Positions 13,604-26,657 of a stretch of DNA of 64,000 nt are shown one piece after another. Made by a program: the position numbers and the translations under genes. The DNA is from Lama guanicoe (taxonomy: Eukaryota): assembly GCA_013239625.1 (NCBI GenBank), contig MU054132.1:1056001-1120000 (forward strand), read 5' to 3'. A model generated the notes under the pieces. That model had not been told where the DNA came from. It ran no database searches and worked only from the letters and a program-made list of their open reading frames with translations. Position 1 is the stretch's first letter. Every line of letters begins with the position of its first letter.

Positions 13604-15517
13604 TAGACAGGTGCTGATTTGGAATGTCCTTTGGGCTAAAGATTTTTCAGTTCCATTCTGTCTGAGTCTGAGCAGAGGGCATGGACTCCCATGTGTCTGG
13701 TCAGAGGTGATCTCTAAGGATCTCTGATTGGACCATCTAACAACATGTCACGCTCCTAAGGGTGCTGGCACGGCCTGCAGGTCTCTGATCTCAGCAGATG
13801 TACCAGCGGATGTTTCTGGTTTTGCCTTGTGCTTTGAGCTAGTACTCAATCTGTTCAGGGCCTTGGTTCTGATATGTTCCACAACTGGTTTCTCTGTATT
13901 CTTTCAGTTACCAAGCAACAAAGCTACTTTCCAGATTGACCAAATGTTCCCTGTTACTATCTTTGGGAAACAAATTCTAATAAATTATCGTTACAAAGAA
14001 AGTCAATCAATTCTACTGATTACAATGATGGATGACACTCTTTACCAATAAAAACTGAAGATTATGAAGCTGCAATCTAGCTTCTTAACTGGAAGTAAAT
14101 AACGATTGTGTTTATATATAAACACATGTATGCAAAAAAAAATTCAAAACCATATTCTACTGAATTTTAGAAACATTTCTTAATGCACTTAACTCAAGAA
14201 AATAGTGATTCTTCCTGATGAACTTTCAAAAGTTGGGAAGTAAACAGACAGAATGAAGCAAGTGAAGCTAGTCATCTGATTTTGTGACCCCGATAAAGGT
14301 AATTCATACACCAGGACCCACACAACAGAGGCTACCCCAGCGGCCTGGCCTACAGACCTAAACCTGAGTCAGCCTGCCCTTAGGGGAAAGGCCTCATTGT
14401 CAAGGAACCCCAAAACACGTCAAACACAATCCTCCATCTCAGCTTTAGCTAGCTCACCTCACCCTAGGAAACAGGTCCTGCCTGCCTTATACAGAACCCC
14501 ACAGCCTCCTAGTCTATCATGCTGTTGTTTCCCCACAGTGCTGCTTCAAATGCTCCATAAATCTCGCACTTGCCAAGAACCCCTCGGGAAGAGCGGTCCA
14601 TTGCTCTCCCCTGTACTCCCCCAATCCATGCATGGTTCTTCCTTGAGTACAGAACATCAAACTCATGACTAAATTGTATTATTTTTGTCATTTGACATGC
14701 TAAAGCATGAAAATACTTATTGATGAAAAGAGAATCATTCAAGGAAACGAGTTAAAGCCCATCCCCTCCCCAACTACCTCCTGGGTAACGTCTAAGATCC
14801 TCTGCACCCTCGACTCCCAGGACCCTTCATGAGCTTAACTTTTCTCCCCAGTCTCATCGCAAAATGTTTTTCCCTGCTCTCCAAACTTGATGTATACGCT
14901 AGTTGCACCCACATGCTTGCTACTGCTCAAGTACTCCATGCACCTGTGTTTCTCTATACCTCTATGCAATCTATTCCCTAGAATGTTTTACCCTGCTTAT
15001 TAGCTCTACAAACACTCAGCCTCACTTCCAGATCCACCAAACGTCACCTCCTCCATGAAGCTTTCTCTTCCTTTCCGAGGAGGACTTAATTTCTGCTCTG
15101 TACTCCTACAGCATAGAGCTCATACTTCTATTATAGAACTTCTCTCACTAGAGTAAAATGACCAGTTTATGTGTTTATCTCCACTCTGGAATCCTTGAGG
15201 AGTAAAGGATGTGTCTTCTTAATCTATCCCTAGAATGTGGGAGCACTGTTGCCTGGTATGTTGAATGGATGAATGAACTAAACACTAAAAAGTCCAAATC
15301 ATGGTGAGTGCCCACTATTTGCAGGGCCAGAGATAACATTTATATGACAATCAAATTTTTGTCTAAACTTATATAAATTACCATCTCTGCTAAGCAGTTT
15401 AAAAACCGACAATTTCAATATATTTATAGCTGAGATGACCTACTTATGTCACAGGTAAAAATAAGAACAGAAGTCCCCTTTACTGTCCACTTCATATTTT
15501 AAAGAAGTAAACATAAT

Positions 15518-15625
15518 GGGGAGGGTATAGCTCAGTGGTAGAGCACATGTTTAGCATGTACAAGGTCCTGGGTTCAATTCCCAGTACTTCCACTTCAAAA
15601 AAAAAAAAAAGAAAAGAAAGAAAAA
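15518..15625 (+). mobile_element. tRNA-derived SINE (camelid Vic-1-like)
   Basis: ggggagggtatagctcagtggtagagc A box, gggttcaattccc B box, A-rich tail. Confidence 0.85.
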
Positions 15626-16176
15626 GTAAATATATCTGCAACACGAGAAGCCTGAAGCTAAGATGTTTATCATTTGCTTTCCAAATCATCCAGTGCTACT
15701 GTCAGCCAGAGGGTAAAAGATAGGGGTTGAGGGAGTGTGAGGGGAAAAAACTCCTTTTAAAATAGAATAACCAGTATTTACTAGACTCATTTCAAAGAAC
15801 ATTTATATGCTTTGGCTCAAATAAGGCAAATAGTAGCCCACTGTTGAGGGTTCATAGAGTTTAAGACAGTTTCAATAAATGGTAGCTGTTTTTAATTATG
15901 GATTATACAGAACCTCCCAATAAATGTCATTAATATACAAGTAGTAAGAAGCAGCCAGAGAGTAAGAGGTAAATCGGAAGCAACTTCACAAAGGGCACTA
16001 CACTGAAGAAAAACTATTGCCAAATGGGCATTTCTCCAGTTGGAAGACTGTAGCGAGAGCAGATTACAAATGATTTTTTATGCTCAGCATATTTTATTTA
16101 TGTACAAGGGCCTTGAAACTGTTAGGATTTGGGGTTTATAAATGACTTCAAGTTTCACACCAAGAGAACTTCCCAC

Positions 16177-16227
16177 CATAAACTGATATTCCCAGCTGTT
16201 CAAAGACAGTTGACAGGCTCAAATGAA
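16177..16227 (-). CDS. MAP4: MAP4 51-nt cassette exon: VHLSLSTVFEQLGISVY
   Basis: tccttttcttcag acceptor, G|gtggga donor, phase 1-1, no stop; resembles VCLSSSTVYQQLGMSVY recalled from the human long isoform. Confidence 0.8.
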
Positions 16228-16989
16228 CTGAAGAAAAGGAAATGAAGCCAGATAACAAGGAGACAAGGCTCCCACTACGGCAAACAGAAGGGCCATCTGT
16301 GGCGAATCGTGGTGGCTGTGCCACTCCCAGAACATGCCAAGTGCACTGTCACTCTCAGCTCTACCTGGCTTCCTTCCAGGGAGCAACTATGGTGGAGCCA
16401 TTGCACACAGCAGACTGCAGTAGGGACCAGCCTTTCCAATCTGCTCTGCCCTACACCACACACAGTCCCACAAGAAGCCCTTTTCCGACCAGTTGAGCTC
16501 AGATTTCCTGAAGTATCTCAATGTTCCCTGCTTAGAACAACATGCATAATTATGTGAAGAAATCTTCTGCGAAAGTTTCCCTAAACTTTAGGCATGAAAA
16601 AAATAACAGGAGAGGAAACATTAAGCTAGAAGAGACTTCAGCAGCGTATTCACTCTCCCTGCTTCCAAAGAGGATCAGACTAGCAGAAGACAACTCATTT
16701 ATAATTCAGAAAATGTCATTAGACATCACATATAGTAAAGTTCTATGCTGGGTGTTAGGGAGAACACATGAATAAATCAGAGTCTCTGGCTGGAGGATAA
16801 AATACTGGACAGACTTGAAAGGCCTAGATTCTAATCCTAAATTAGCCTCTGATTCAGCTTATGCCCTCATGATGTGTCTCCATTTTCTAACAGAAAAGTG
16901 CCTAGATATTAAAATTTAACTAGTATCATTACTAGTCATTGACCTTTATGTTTTTAAGAACCTAAAACTTCTGGAAGGTTCTTCTGAGG

Positions 16990-17134
16990 CAAGAATGGAG
17001 AAAGCATGGGCCTTAAGAGTTAGAAAGATTTGTTTCAAATTCTACCTCTGCCACTTCACTACCTGTGTGACCTTGGAGAACACGGAGAGCCTCTGTTTTC
17101 TCACTTGTAAAATGAAGAGAACCCCTCAAAGTGC

Positions 17135-17165
<31 letters not shown>

Positions 17166-17225
17166 CTACCTACCTATCTACAGACAACTAGGCACTTAAT
17201 ATTCACTCAGTAGGTGGCAACTGCT
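16990..17225 (+). mobile_element. MIR SINE containing a (TG)n microsatellite at 17135-17163
   Basis: ctctgccacttcactacctgtgtgaccttgg and ctctgttttctcacttgtaaaatg core motifs. Confidence 0.6.
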
Positions 17226-17699
17226 ATTATTTTTATTAACACCACTAATAATGTCTTTATTGTCCACACCCTGAAAGCCATGGGTAACACAGTCTGACCA
17301 CAGGAGAGTTAACATGAATGATTCGAAGTGAAGAATACAAATAAAATTTAATAAGGCCAGGTCTAGAACCAGCGATGGATGAAACATCAGAGCCCACGTG
17401 AACCAATGGTGGCTGGGCATACGGGGCTACCCTGCCTAGTTCGCTGTCACAAACCCAGATCCGTCCTATTCCACTCAGTCCTCTGACTCAGAGCCCAGGC
17501 TTGCCTGAAGCTCTGCACGTGCACATTCACCTGCATTTTGGACACTTTCAAATAAGCCTTATTAGAAATATATACAATCAGCATGAAGAAAACAGCAAAA
17601 TACCAGCAAGGGTCTAAGACACAAAAACTTGAACATGTGATATTACTGAACATGGTATGTTATTACACTTTTGGATAGAAAAACTCAACACAGACAACA

Positions 17700-18950
17700 A
17701 CCCTCCCTAGGGCAACCTATACACTTAATGAAATTTCAAGAAAAAGACTGATTGGATTTTTTTGCCCAAAAAACTAAGAGCCAATTGCCAAGTTTATCTG
17801 AAATAATAAGCCAGCAAGAATAGTCATGAAAACTCTGAAAAAGAATAACAAGGTGAGGTGTGGGGCTAGACCTATTAGATATTAAAATATACTCTTAAGC
17901 CACACTATGTTACTGAAGGCTGAATGGAAAGACCAATGGATCAGAAAAGAAAGTCCAGAAATAGACCAAACAAATATAGGAATTTAGAGCATGAAAAAGA
18001 TGGCATTTCAGAGGGAGACAGACTACACAAATATAGTGGGACAATCAAGTAACTGTATCTCACATTTCATAAACAAAACATACACACATACAGAAAGAAA
18101 CAAGCAAATTCTAGATAGAGCAAAGATTCAAAAGGTAAACAATTTTAAATATTTTCATAAACTCAGAGTAAGGATGTTTTGTATAAACTTCATACTAAAC
18201 GAAGTCATTTAATAAGTAAAACAAAAAAAATTTACATCAAGAAATAATTTTATATCTATTAGATTGGCACATATAACAAAAAAGAAAAGTCACACTGGAG
18301 GAGAAAGTACAGAGGAACAGGTACTGGTCCATGCTTAGGGTGGGAGTGCAGCCCTGGTGCATCTCTGTGGCCTTGTGAGGGACAATTTGGCAACATCTAT
18401 CAAAATTACAAACACATTCTTCAAACCACAGATTCTGCTCCAGAGCTCTTTTTTATTATACAGATACTTGTATGAGTATATATGCAAGTTCGATGTTCTG
18501 TGTACACAGGATAATTTATGCACCTTGTTTCTAATAGGAAAAAAAGAAAAAGGAAAACCCCTAAACATTCATCAATAAAGAAGTGGCATAACACATTAGA
18601 GTATCTCCATACAATGAAATACTACACAGCTATTAAAAAAGGACGAGGGCCCCTTCCTTTGTACTGATTTGTAAAGATCTCTAAAATAATTAAGTTTTAC
18701 AAATCAAGGTACACATCAATATGCATGATATTTCTCATTTTTATAAAATCAGGAAATACATATCTCATTGATCACTTATGTGTGAACTGTCTGGAAGGAC
18801 GAGTAAGACAGTGTTAGCATTGGTTGCCTCTGGAGAGGGAAACAAGGATGAGGGTTAACAGAGGAGGGGAGACTTATATTTTACTGCATATCTCTTTGTA
18901 TCATGTGAATGTATTAATCTATTCCAAAAGTAATTTTAAACAATTTAATT
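17700..18950 (+). mobile_element. Old L1ME-type 3' region remnant
   Basis: A-rich L1 ORF2/3'UTR motifs (gaaagtccagaaatagacc, caatttggcaacatctatcaaaatt, tggttgcctctggagagg). Confidence 0.65.
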
Positions 18951-19401
18951 ACTAAAAAAAGTACAGGTTGTCCTTAGGGAAAAAATGTGATAGAACTTAG
19001 AGAAAAAATTTTGTCCAAAACCCATCACTCCTTTCCTCAACCACTCAAGGATCTAAAATTTCTGTAGCATCTGCCTTGCTCCCTCAAGAATCAGAACATT
19101 TCTCCAGTAATACTGACCTAAAAGAGATGCCTAAGTTTCAGAAAATTTACATGTTATCATTGGTATCACAGCTGAAACTAAAGAACTGGCCTAGAAGCTA
19201 AAACGAATGAACTGGATAGAGGGCTGGACATCTTAATGAAAGCTGGAAAGCCCTTTACATATGATCTTTTTTCTGCCTTTGCAATAGGGTAGCTAATAGA
19301 AGGAAGATTAAAAACAGAAAAGTTCAGAATGTCTTACTCAAGTAACAACTTCTAGCATTCTCTATTCACACTGTACACACGTTCCTTACTGGGTACAAAT
19401 T

Positions 19402-20363
19402 CATGCACAGCACAAGCTGTACCCAAAACAAGAAGTCCACAGCATGCAGGACACCATCCCATAATGAAGCCCAAAAGTCTAACTGGCTACGCTATGGCCA
19501 ACCAGTGCTTTTTCATTTCTGGAGTTAGTAGCTGCATCATGCAAGCTGGGAAACAGTGATAAAGAAATAGCATCATTTGCAGGTGGTGAAAAACCTCAAA
19601 GGCTAGGAAACGTTTTTTGAAGGTCAGGTTCAAAGAAGCCATGATTAGATAAACACTTTTTTGGGGGTGGTGGGGAAGGGGAGGCTGACATTTATAAATC
19701 TTGAAGGAATCATCTCAATCTCATTTCAAGTAGACTGATTAGAGCCACAAAGGGCAAAATTATGAGGAATCCTACATCGCAAGTTTTACAGGCTGTTTTA
19801 TGGACACAGGCTATGCCCAAACTCTAACCCATATGCGACTGTGGGCCAAAGCTGTAAGCAACAAACTGGTAAAAGACATAGCTGCACTGCTGAGGGATCA
19901 TTTCCCAGTACTAGAAACACACACAAAGTCTGCTTACCACTCTGGCTGGAGGCTACCATTTCCTCATAAGGGGCCTTCTATTTCCATTTAATCCAAAGGC
20001 AACTTGGATACTTAGTCCCACCAACACAAGCTACAAATGTATACATACACTGGGCAAAAGAAATAGCATGCACACGGTTGGACGTGAAATGTCTTCTTTC
20101 CTCCTATTAATTCTTATACAAAATAATGACTACATTTTGGCTGTAAACTTTACACATAGGAGGCACACTTAAAAGTAACTATTTTCGTGGATGGTCATAG
20201 GCTTTCTGCTAAACAATTTCTTGTTTGAAATTCAACTTCCCCTGAAAGTCAAGGTTCAGTGCTGGGTAAAAAGGCATGCAACCAAGTCACCAGCCTCCCA
20301 AACTGGACACAAGGCATGCCTTGGCTGCAGGAAACACATAATTAGCAGTTACGGTTTTCATGC
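19402..20363 (-). promoter_or_regulatory. Cluster of RBFOX (U)GCAUG intronic splicing elements downstream of the 3.3-kb exon
   Basis: Plus-strand catgca at 19402, 19443, 19538, 20067 and 20275; catgc at 20315 and 20359; ACTAAC (QKI-type) at 19524-19529. Confidence 0.65.
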
Positions 20364-20485
20364 CAACAAACCAACAGTTAACAAGGATGATTAGAGTTTG
20401 GATGGAACCAAAGCACAAGCTCTTTGCCTTTTTGATGCTGACCAAAAGCCACAAGCACACACATTTCCGCATGGCAGGTTCATAC

Positions 20486-23400
20486 CACTGGACTTGAGTT
20501 GCTTGGATCTCTCTCGCTCCTGGACTGTAGACTTTGGCAAAAGTGGAGTAAGACCTCGAGACTTGGTGGGTCTCATGTAGCCTTTCATCGGTTCTGCCAT
20601 TCTGCCTTTATCTTCCTTCTTCCCTTCTCCCGGTGCCTTTGGTTCAGATTTTTCTGTCATTTTCTCAGGCACCTCCAAGGTCTTATCTTTAGGTTCTGGC
20701 ACTTGAGGAGACTTGGAAGCAGTCACTACTAACTTATCTACCACCCTGGAAGGAGTTGCTTCAACTCTGCCACTGAAGACATTAGACTGTAGTTCTGGTG
20801 GTGCCAAGGAAACAGATTCTAATTCTGTGATTTCAGAAGCCAGACTGATTTCTTCCAATTTAGCCTTTTCACTTTTTGGAGGCCCACCTACCTCCATAAT
20901 CAAACTATCTGGGCCCTTGGACTCTCTCTCTCTAGCATTTTGGTCCTCACGGAAAGGGGGCTTTTGTGTTTTGTCTCCCAGTAAGTTAGGAATTGGAACT
21001 GCAGCAGAACCTTCCTCAGATTCTTTCCTTTTATTTACTGGACATGTTGGGAAATTACTCCTATCTGCACGTGCTTGTGGGACCCTGACTTCACCTGCCA
21101 GGCTCTGGTCTCCTACTGGCACTCCAGGAGGAAGGCGCCCCTCTGCCGGCTCTGTGATTTTCTCTGCTGAGTGCTGAGACGCAGCACTGGGCACCACAGA
21201 CTCAGATTCTCCCCTTACATGCCCTCTATCTACCCCTGCTGCATCTGCCATTGGGTCAGCAAGCTCTCCTTTGTTCTTAAGACAGTTACCTCCGTGACTG
21301 TTAACTGTTTCTTCGGCTGCTGTAGAAGTTGGGGCAACCCCTCCCGTGCTTGTAGAGGGTGTAACAGCAGAGGGAGCCTTGGGCCTTTCTTCATCTGCAG
21401 CTCCATCTTTGCTCCAATTATCTACCACTACAACTGTGGAAATCTGGGCTGGAGCTGTCTCTTGGCTACTTTCTGCCAAGGTGTCTGGAAGTGAATCACT
21501 TTCCTTTACTACTTGAGGAGGAGTGGGAAGTTTTCCACAGGCTGCTGATTCCTGAGCCTCTAGAGGGACTGACTTATTCATCAACCCTGCTGGTGTTCTG
21601 GGGCAGGTGAATGTGATATTTCTATTTTCATCCACATAGCTCATTCCCTCAATTCTGTGGTCCCCTATGGTTTCCATGGGAACAAGTATTTTTGTTGCAT
21701 CTCTCTTATTCTCCAGAACGTGTTCCTCGGGGAAACTATTTTTAACCTGTTTGCTTATTCCATCATTACTCCTCGCATTTGGTTTGTCAGCCACTGCAGT
21801 GTGTCCCTTCGCTGCATCTATCTTATTCTCCTCAGACAGTACTGAAAGAACAAGTCCTGCTCCCTGGATTTGGTCTTGGCAGCTCAAATCTGTCACCTTG
21901 GTAGTTGGTTCAGTAATAGCAGAATCCTTGATTGTATTTGTTTTGTTCCCGCCAAGAGCCCCAAGCTCAAAAGGATCAGCCTTAGTCTTTCCACACTTTC
22001 GGTCAACAACCTCCCCAGCCGGTGCACCTGATGTACCTGAGAACAAAGGGTCAGGACTGATGGGGAGAGGGAATTCTGCCTGCCTGTTCTGATGGTGAGT
22101 GCTAGCGACCCCTCCATCCTTCCCTACAAAAGGTGGGGTGAGGAGTTCTTCCTTCCTCTCCATTCTAGTGGACTGTGTGGAATAATTATTTTTAAACTTT
22201 TTATTTCTGCCGTCACTGCTTCGTTTTTTAGGCTTTTCAGAAATCCAGGGAGCTGCCTCATGATCCATCCAAGGACACTTTTCCTGCTCGCTCTGGTTGC
22301 CGACACCCCTACCTGTGGCCATGGCTCCCCTTTCTGTCCTAACAACAGAAGTCTGAATCACGTCTGACCCATGTCCCCAGAGAGTCAACGGCTGCAAAGG
22401 GCCTGCCACCCTCAGGTCAGTCATCTCCTTAGGCTCCCCCGCCACCACCCCCTCAGTGAGATCAGCCAGGGTCCCTGGTTGCTTTGGGAAATCCGGCCCT
22501 AGCTCCTCACTTTTATCCTCAGCCGTCATTCTTTCAGCTTTAGGGGCTGGCTCCTCTGGCACAAGAACAGCCCCACTGTCCTTCTGGCTGTCTGGATGGA
22601 ACGGCAGCTCAGACCTCGCTCTCTCCTTTCCAGAACTTGCTCTCACTTTTGCAGAACTTCCCCTTCCCTTCCTGCTTTTAACATCACCTGCCATTCTCTT
22701 TAGTGGTTCATTCCCTAGCCCTGGACCCTGAACTAACACCTTGTCCTGCAGCTGCTCGGAAGCAAAGATGCTGTTCTCGTGTCTTTGCTTGGGAATAGCT
22801 TCCTTTTTTAGTTCTTTAACCTGTTCACCTCCTTCAGAAAACTCTTTCTGTTTGTCATTGTGCTGTTTAGTCATTTCATTTTCATCATTTACTTCTTTTA
22901 GACTGCTTTCTAATGGATTATCTGTAGTCAAAGTGGGTATCAAATTAGGCAGTTCTTTTGCTTCTGTGGATTTTGAGACTCCACCCATAGGCTTTTGGTC
23001 CAAGAGAGGAAAACAACCCTCTTTGGGTCTGATCTCCAAAGGAATTTCTACATTGTATGCAGAAACCTCCGTCAGAGGTCCTTTCAGATTGCAGGGACCT
23101 ACTGCCTGGCTTTTACCCACAGGAGTCTGGAGGGGCGGTGCAGGCTGTGGTCTGCACTCATCTTGGCTCTGTAGGATTGACTTGTTATCTTTGACCTCTG
23201 CCGCCACGCTCAGTCTGGGCTGAGAATTCCCTGCAGTTTTCAGGAGTTCTTGCAAAGGACATGAAGGAGTGCTGATGCTCTCTGAGGACAAGTTCTCAGC
23301 TGCCAGTTTGGCTGGTTTGGAGTCAATGTCACAATCCTTTTTCAAGTTTTCTCTGGACACCAGACCATGTTCTGTGCCCACCATGGTAGGCTGGCTGGGA

Positions 23401-23821
23401 AGAACACCTGATTTTTGTGGGTCAGTGGCAAAGGGATGACCTTTAGGCATGCCTGCATTATCATCATCCCAAGGACCCCCATCCCGGGGCTGAGAATATC
23501 TCTTCTGCTTTGGTTTCTTCTTTTTTTTCTTCATCATCATTGGTGTGCTTTCATATATATCCCAGGCCTCCCTGCCAAGATCCCTCTGGGGTTCAAGGAA
23601 GCCACCGTGAATAGTTTTCCTCTGGTTCCCAGGCTCACTACAGGAAGATGAACCAGAAACCCAACCCAACTCAGACAAAGGGCAGAGGCCCAGCCCAGGA
23701 TCAAGAGTCTTCCGTGGAGAAGAGCCTCCCAGCAGCTCAGGAGGGACCCTGGCAGGCCTGGGCCGAGTGGACCTGCGGTCACTGGGTCTGCACGCTTGTT
23801 TGGCTTGTGTGGGAGGGGTAC
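20486..23821 (-). CDS. MAP4: MAP4 3.3-kb alternative cassette exon (muscle-type long isoform, about 1112 codons): GTPPTQAKQACRPSDRR...KQLKSS
   Basis: Continuous open frame (ORF 20391..23678 extended upstream); G|gtatga donor next to 20486; in-frame CAG acceptors next to 23821 or 23836, so the 5' boundary is uncertain; resembles the recalled human long-isoform insert. Confidence 0.9.
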
Positions 23822-25369
23822 CTGCAATACATGAAGCTGGCTAAAATTCCAAACAGAAAACTCCTTGTTATTGTTTCTTTAAAAAAAAAAATCCATTTAG
23901 TGACTCATTTAAGTAGTCTATTTTCACCAACCCACATACTGATTCATTTAGGAAAACATTTTTTCTGAAACATTTCTCACTCTTAACTGGGAATAGCAAC
24001 TATTTAACAAAGATCCTCATCTCAGGTAAAGAAGTTTCACTAAACATATTTACAAAATATTTGAAACTTGAGAAAAGAAATTCAAACAGAGATCTTCTAA
24101 TCTGTATAATAAGCACTTCCTGCCTATAAATCGCATTTGATACTTATTTATATTTGCTTTTATTTTAAATAGCTATGTAATTCCCAAGAGAATAACAACA
24201 TGGTAAGCTCTTATCTCTTTTTGGGGACACTGATTAGTTAATTGAATTTAATATTATGATTTTACTATTCTAAGAAATTACAATTCTAAGGATCTGTCAC
24301 CAATATTACACTATTACTTGTTAAACTAACCAGATCCATTTTGGGAAGCAGACCAGAAGGACAAAATTATGCTACTTAAAAAAAGAAAGAAAAAAAGGAA
24401 GAAAGAAAAGAAAAAGAAAAAAACTGAATTAATATTCTGACCAACCAGAAATTCACATTCTAGAACCAGAGCCTCCTACTTTGAAAGACAAATGTGTTAG
24501 ATTTCAATGTTCTGTTGTTAAAAGTACTTCCCAAAAGACAAAGATACATACATAATGCCAAGTAGGGTAATTAATTAAAACAATTAAACAATGAATAAAA
24601 CTCTTGGACAAGTTTCAGGAAGTCAACTGGTCCAACCTCCTGCCTTTAAGTCAATGCAGTATGGATCTAAGATCCTGGAAAAAGAGTCTCATTCAGAGCA
24701 GGTCTAGGACACTTCTTGTCAAGTCTGACCCAATAAATGACTTCAAAGAATACTAAAATATATAAATGTGACTTTTGTTCTTGTCTTTACCCCTCCAATG
24801 TCCTCCAAATCCTACTCTTCATTGAATATCTCAGGCCAATGTTTGCTTCTCTCAAAGAATAGTTGGGCTTTAACAACTCACAGCATGTATAACATTTATT
24901 TTGGCAATTAATCAGCAGCTATTCAATGCCATTTCTTATACTATTTAATTCAATTATTAGAGAAATCTTTGGTTTCAGAGTTTATGCCTGGGAATATCTC
25001 TCACTATCCAGGCTGTAATATGATAACACAAGGGCTAGGATCCAGGTTAAATATCTGTGCTCATCATAGTATATTTTATACATAATAAGGACTTGATATA
25101 TCTTTATTGATGTGTTGATTCACTACAACAACATTTTAAAACATCCTGTATTTATTTAGCTCCTATGTGGTGCTAGACAATATGCAAAGTGCTAGAGATT
25201 TGAAGTTAAGTGTCTTGGTTCCTGCCCTCAGGTTCACATTCTGATCAAAGTCATAGAAAAGTAAGCAGAGAATCACTAAGTTGTTACTCATATGCCCATG
25301 TTTCTGGCTTACCATCAAAAATGTGGAAAGTTCACTGATTAACTGGACTTTCAAGTTAGAAAATATCAG

Positions 25370-25520
25370 GGCAGTTTAATGTATATGAAAATTTTCTGGG
25401 GAACTTGTTAAAATGCGTATCTTGGTGGAAGGCCTGAGGTGGAGCCCAAGGTCCTGCCTTTCTAATGAGCTCCCAGGCAATGCAGATGTTGTAGGGCCAT
25501 GGAACTCACTATAAGCAGTA
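25370..25520. mobile_element. MER5A-like hAT-Charlie MITE
   Basis: gaacttgttaaaatgc...ttctaatgagctcccaggcaatgcagatg motif. Confidence 0.6.
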
Positions 25521-25844
25521 GTTACAGAACATTTGACCAATGCATTCACCTCACAGCTGAATAAAGATACAGGAGGGTTAAATTACCTGCCTCAGACCAC
25601 ACAGGATAGAAGAGTGAACAGGTGAGCTGGATTAGATTTCCTAGGTTGGTATAGTGATGATTTTTAAATATGTAACAAGCTGACTCTCTGCCTAAACAAG
25701 ACAAAATCTGTCTAAGGAAAGGGGCCAACTTCACAAACGATCCTGCAGACGACCACCTTATAACCAGGATCAGTGGATTCTACCATTACCCCATCTCTTC
25801 CAGGTTAAGTGGCTTCAAAGACTCCACTTGTTTTTGTAACTTAC

Positions 25845-25967
25845 CTGAGGTCTCTGAAGAAAGTTCAGAAGGTGGACTACTCAACAGTTTCTTTTGCTCT
25901 AGTTTCTCGAACATAGAATCCTCACCTGCTGGCAAGCTGTACTTTTGGCCCGTGGCTGTGGCTGGTT
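25845..25967 (-). CDS. MAP4: MAP4 coding exon (123 nt, probably exon 8): EPATATGQKYSLPAGEDSMFEKLEQKKLLSSPPSELSSETS
   Basis: cctttag acceptor, CAG|gtaagt donor, phase 1-1; SELSSETSG matches MAP4. Confidence 0.95.
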
Positions 25968-26657
25968 CTAAAGGTAACAGTAAAAACCACACAGGTTTCA
26001 GAGAGGCACTACTTCAGCTATTTTTCCACCTTCTAGAAATTAGAAATGAGAATAGTTTTGGAAGAATGAGGGATGCACCTATGAGCGCTTTTGAGAAATA
26101 AGAGTGCTGGTTGGTAGAGGAAGGGAAGAAGGGTTGAGAGGGTTTTTTTTTTTTAACGACAGAAAAAAACCCCAAACGTTTTGTATGTTGCTGGAAATGA
26201 TCCAATGGAAAGGGGAAAAATCGGTGAGAAGTAGGAAAAGAGAGAATGGCTAGGGCAGTACGCTTCAGTAGGCCAGACAGACTGGATCTAGTGCAGACAA
26301 AATGCCGCCCTTAATGACTAGGAGCAGGGACAGTCTACACTTAGCAACAGGAGAGAGGCAGAGTGGATGGATCCAGATACAAGGAGCTAGCTAGACGAGG
26401 AAGAGGAAGTTTGTGAATGTTCTCTTTTATTGCTTTGATTATCTATGAGAAAAACAGGAAGATAAGTAGAGAACAAGGATGGAGGGGCTGGAGGCTGGAG
26501 GAAGGTGAAGGTAAGAAAGAATTGTCAAGGAGAGTAGGAATGAGACCTTCAAACTACTAGTGTGACTCTCATTTTACCTGGCATGATGTTTGTCCCTTAC
26601 CCTCTGGAGACTACACCTTGGTAGACAGAAATACTGCAAGTAAGTTCCAGCCCATAC

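Noticed and set aside
15518..15595. tRNA-like sequences here and at about 38765-38835 and 41292-41365
   Set aside because: Diverged stems with A-rich tails, and flanking duplications at least at the 38.7-kb copy, indicate SINEs rather than functional tRNA genes
20398..23968. Many 60-160 aa ORFs overlapping the giant exon, and similar ones at 6797-8555
   Set aside because: Off-frame or antisense shadows of the real MAP4 coding exons
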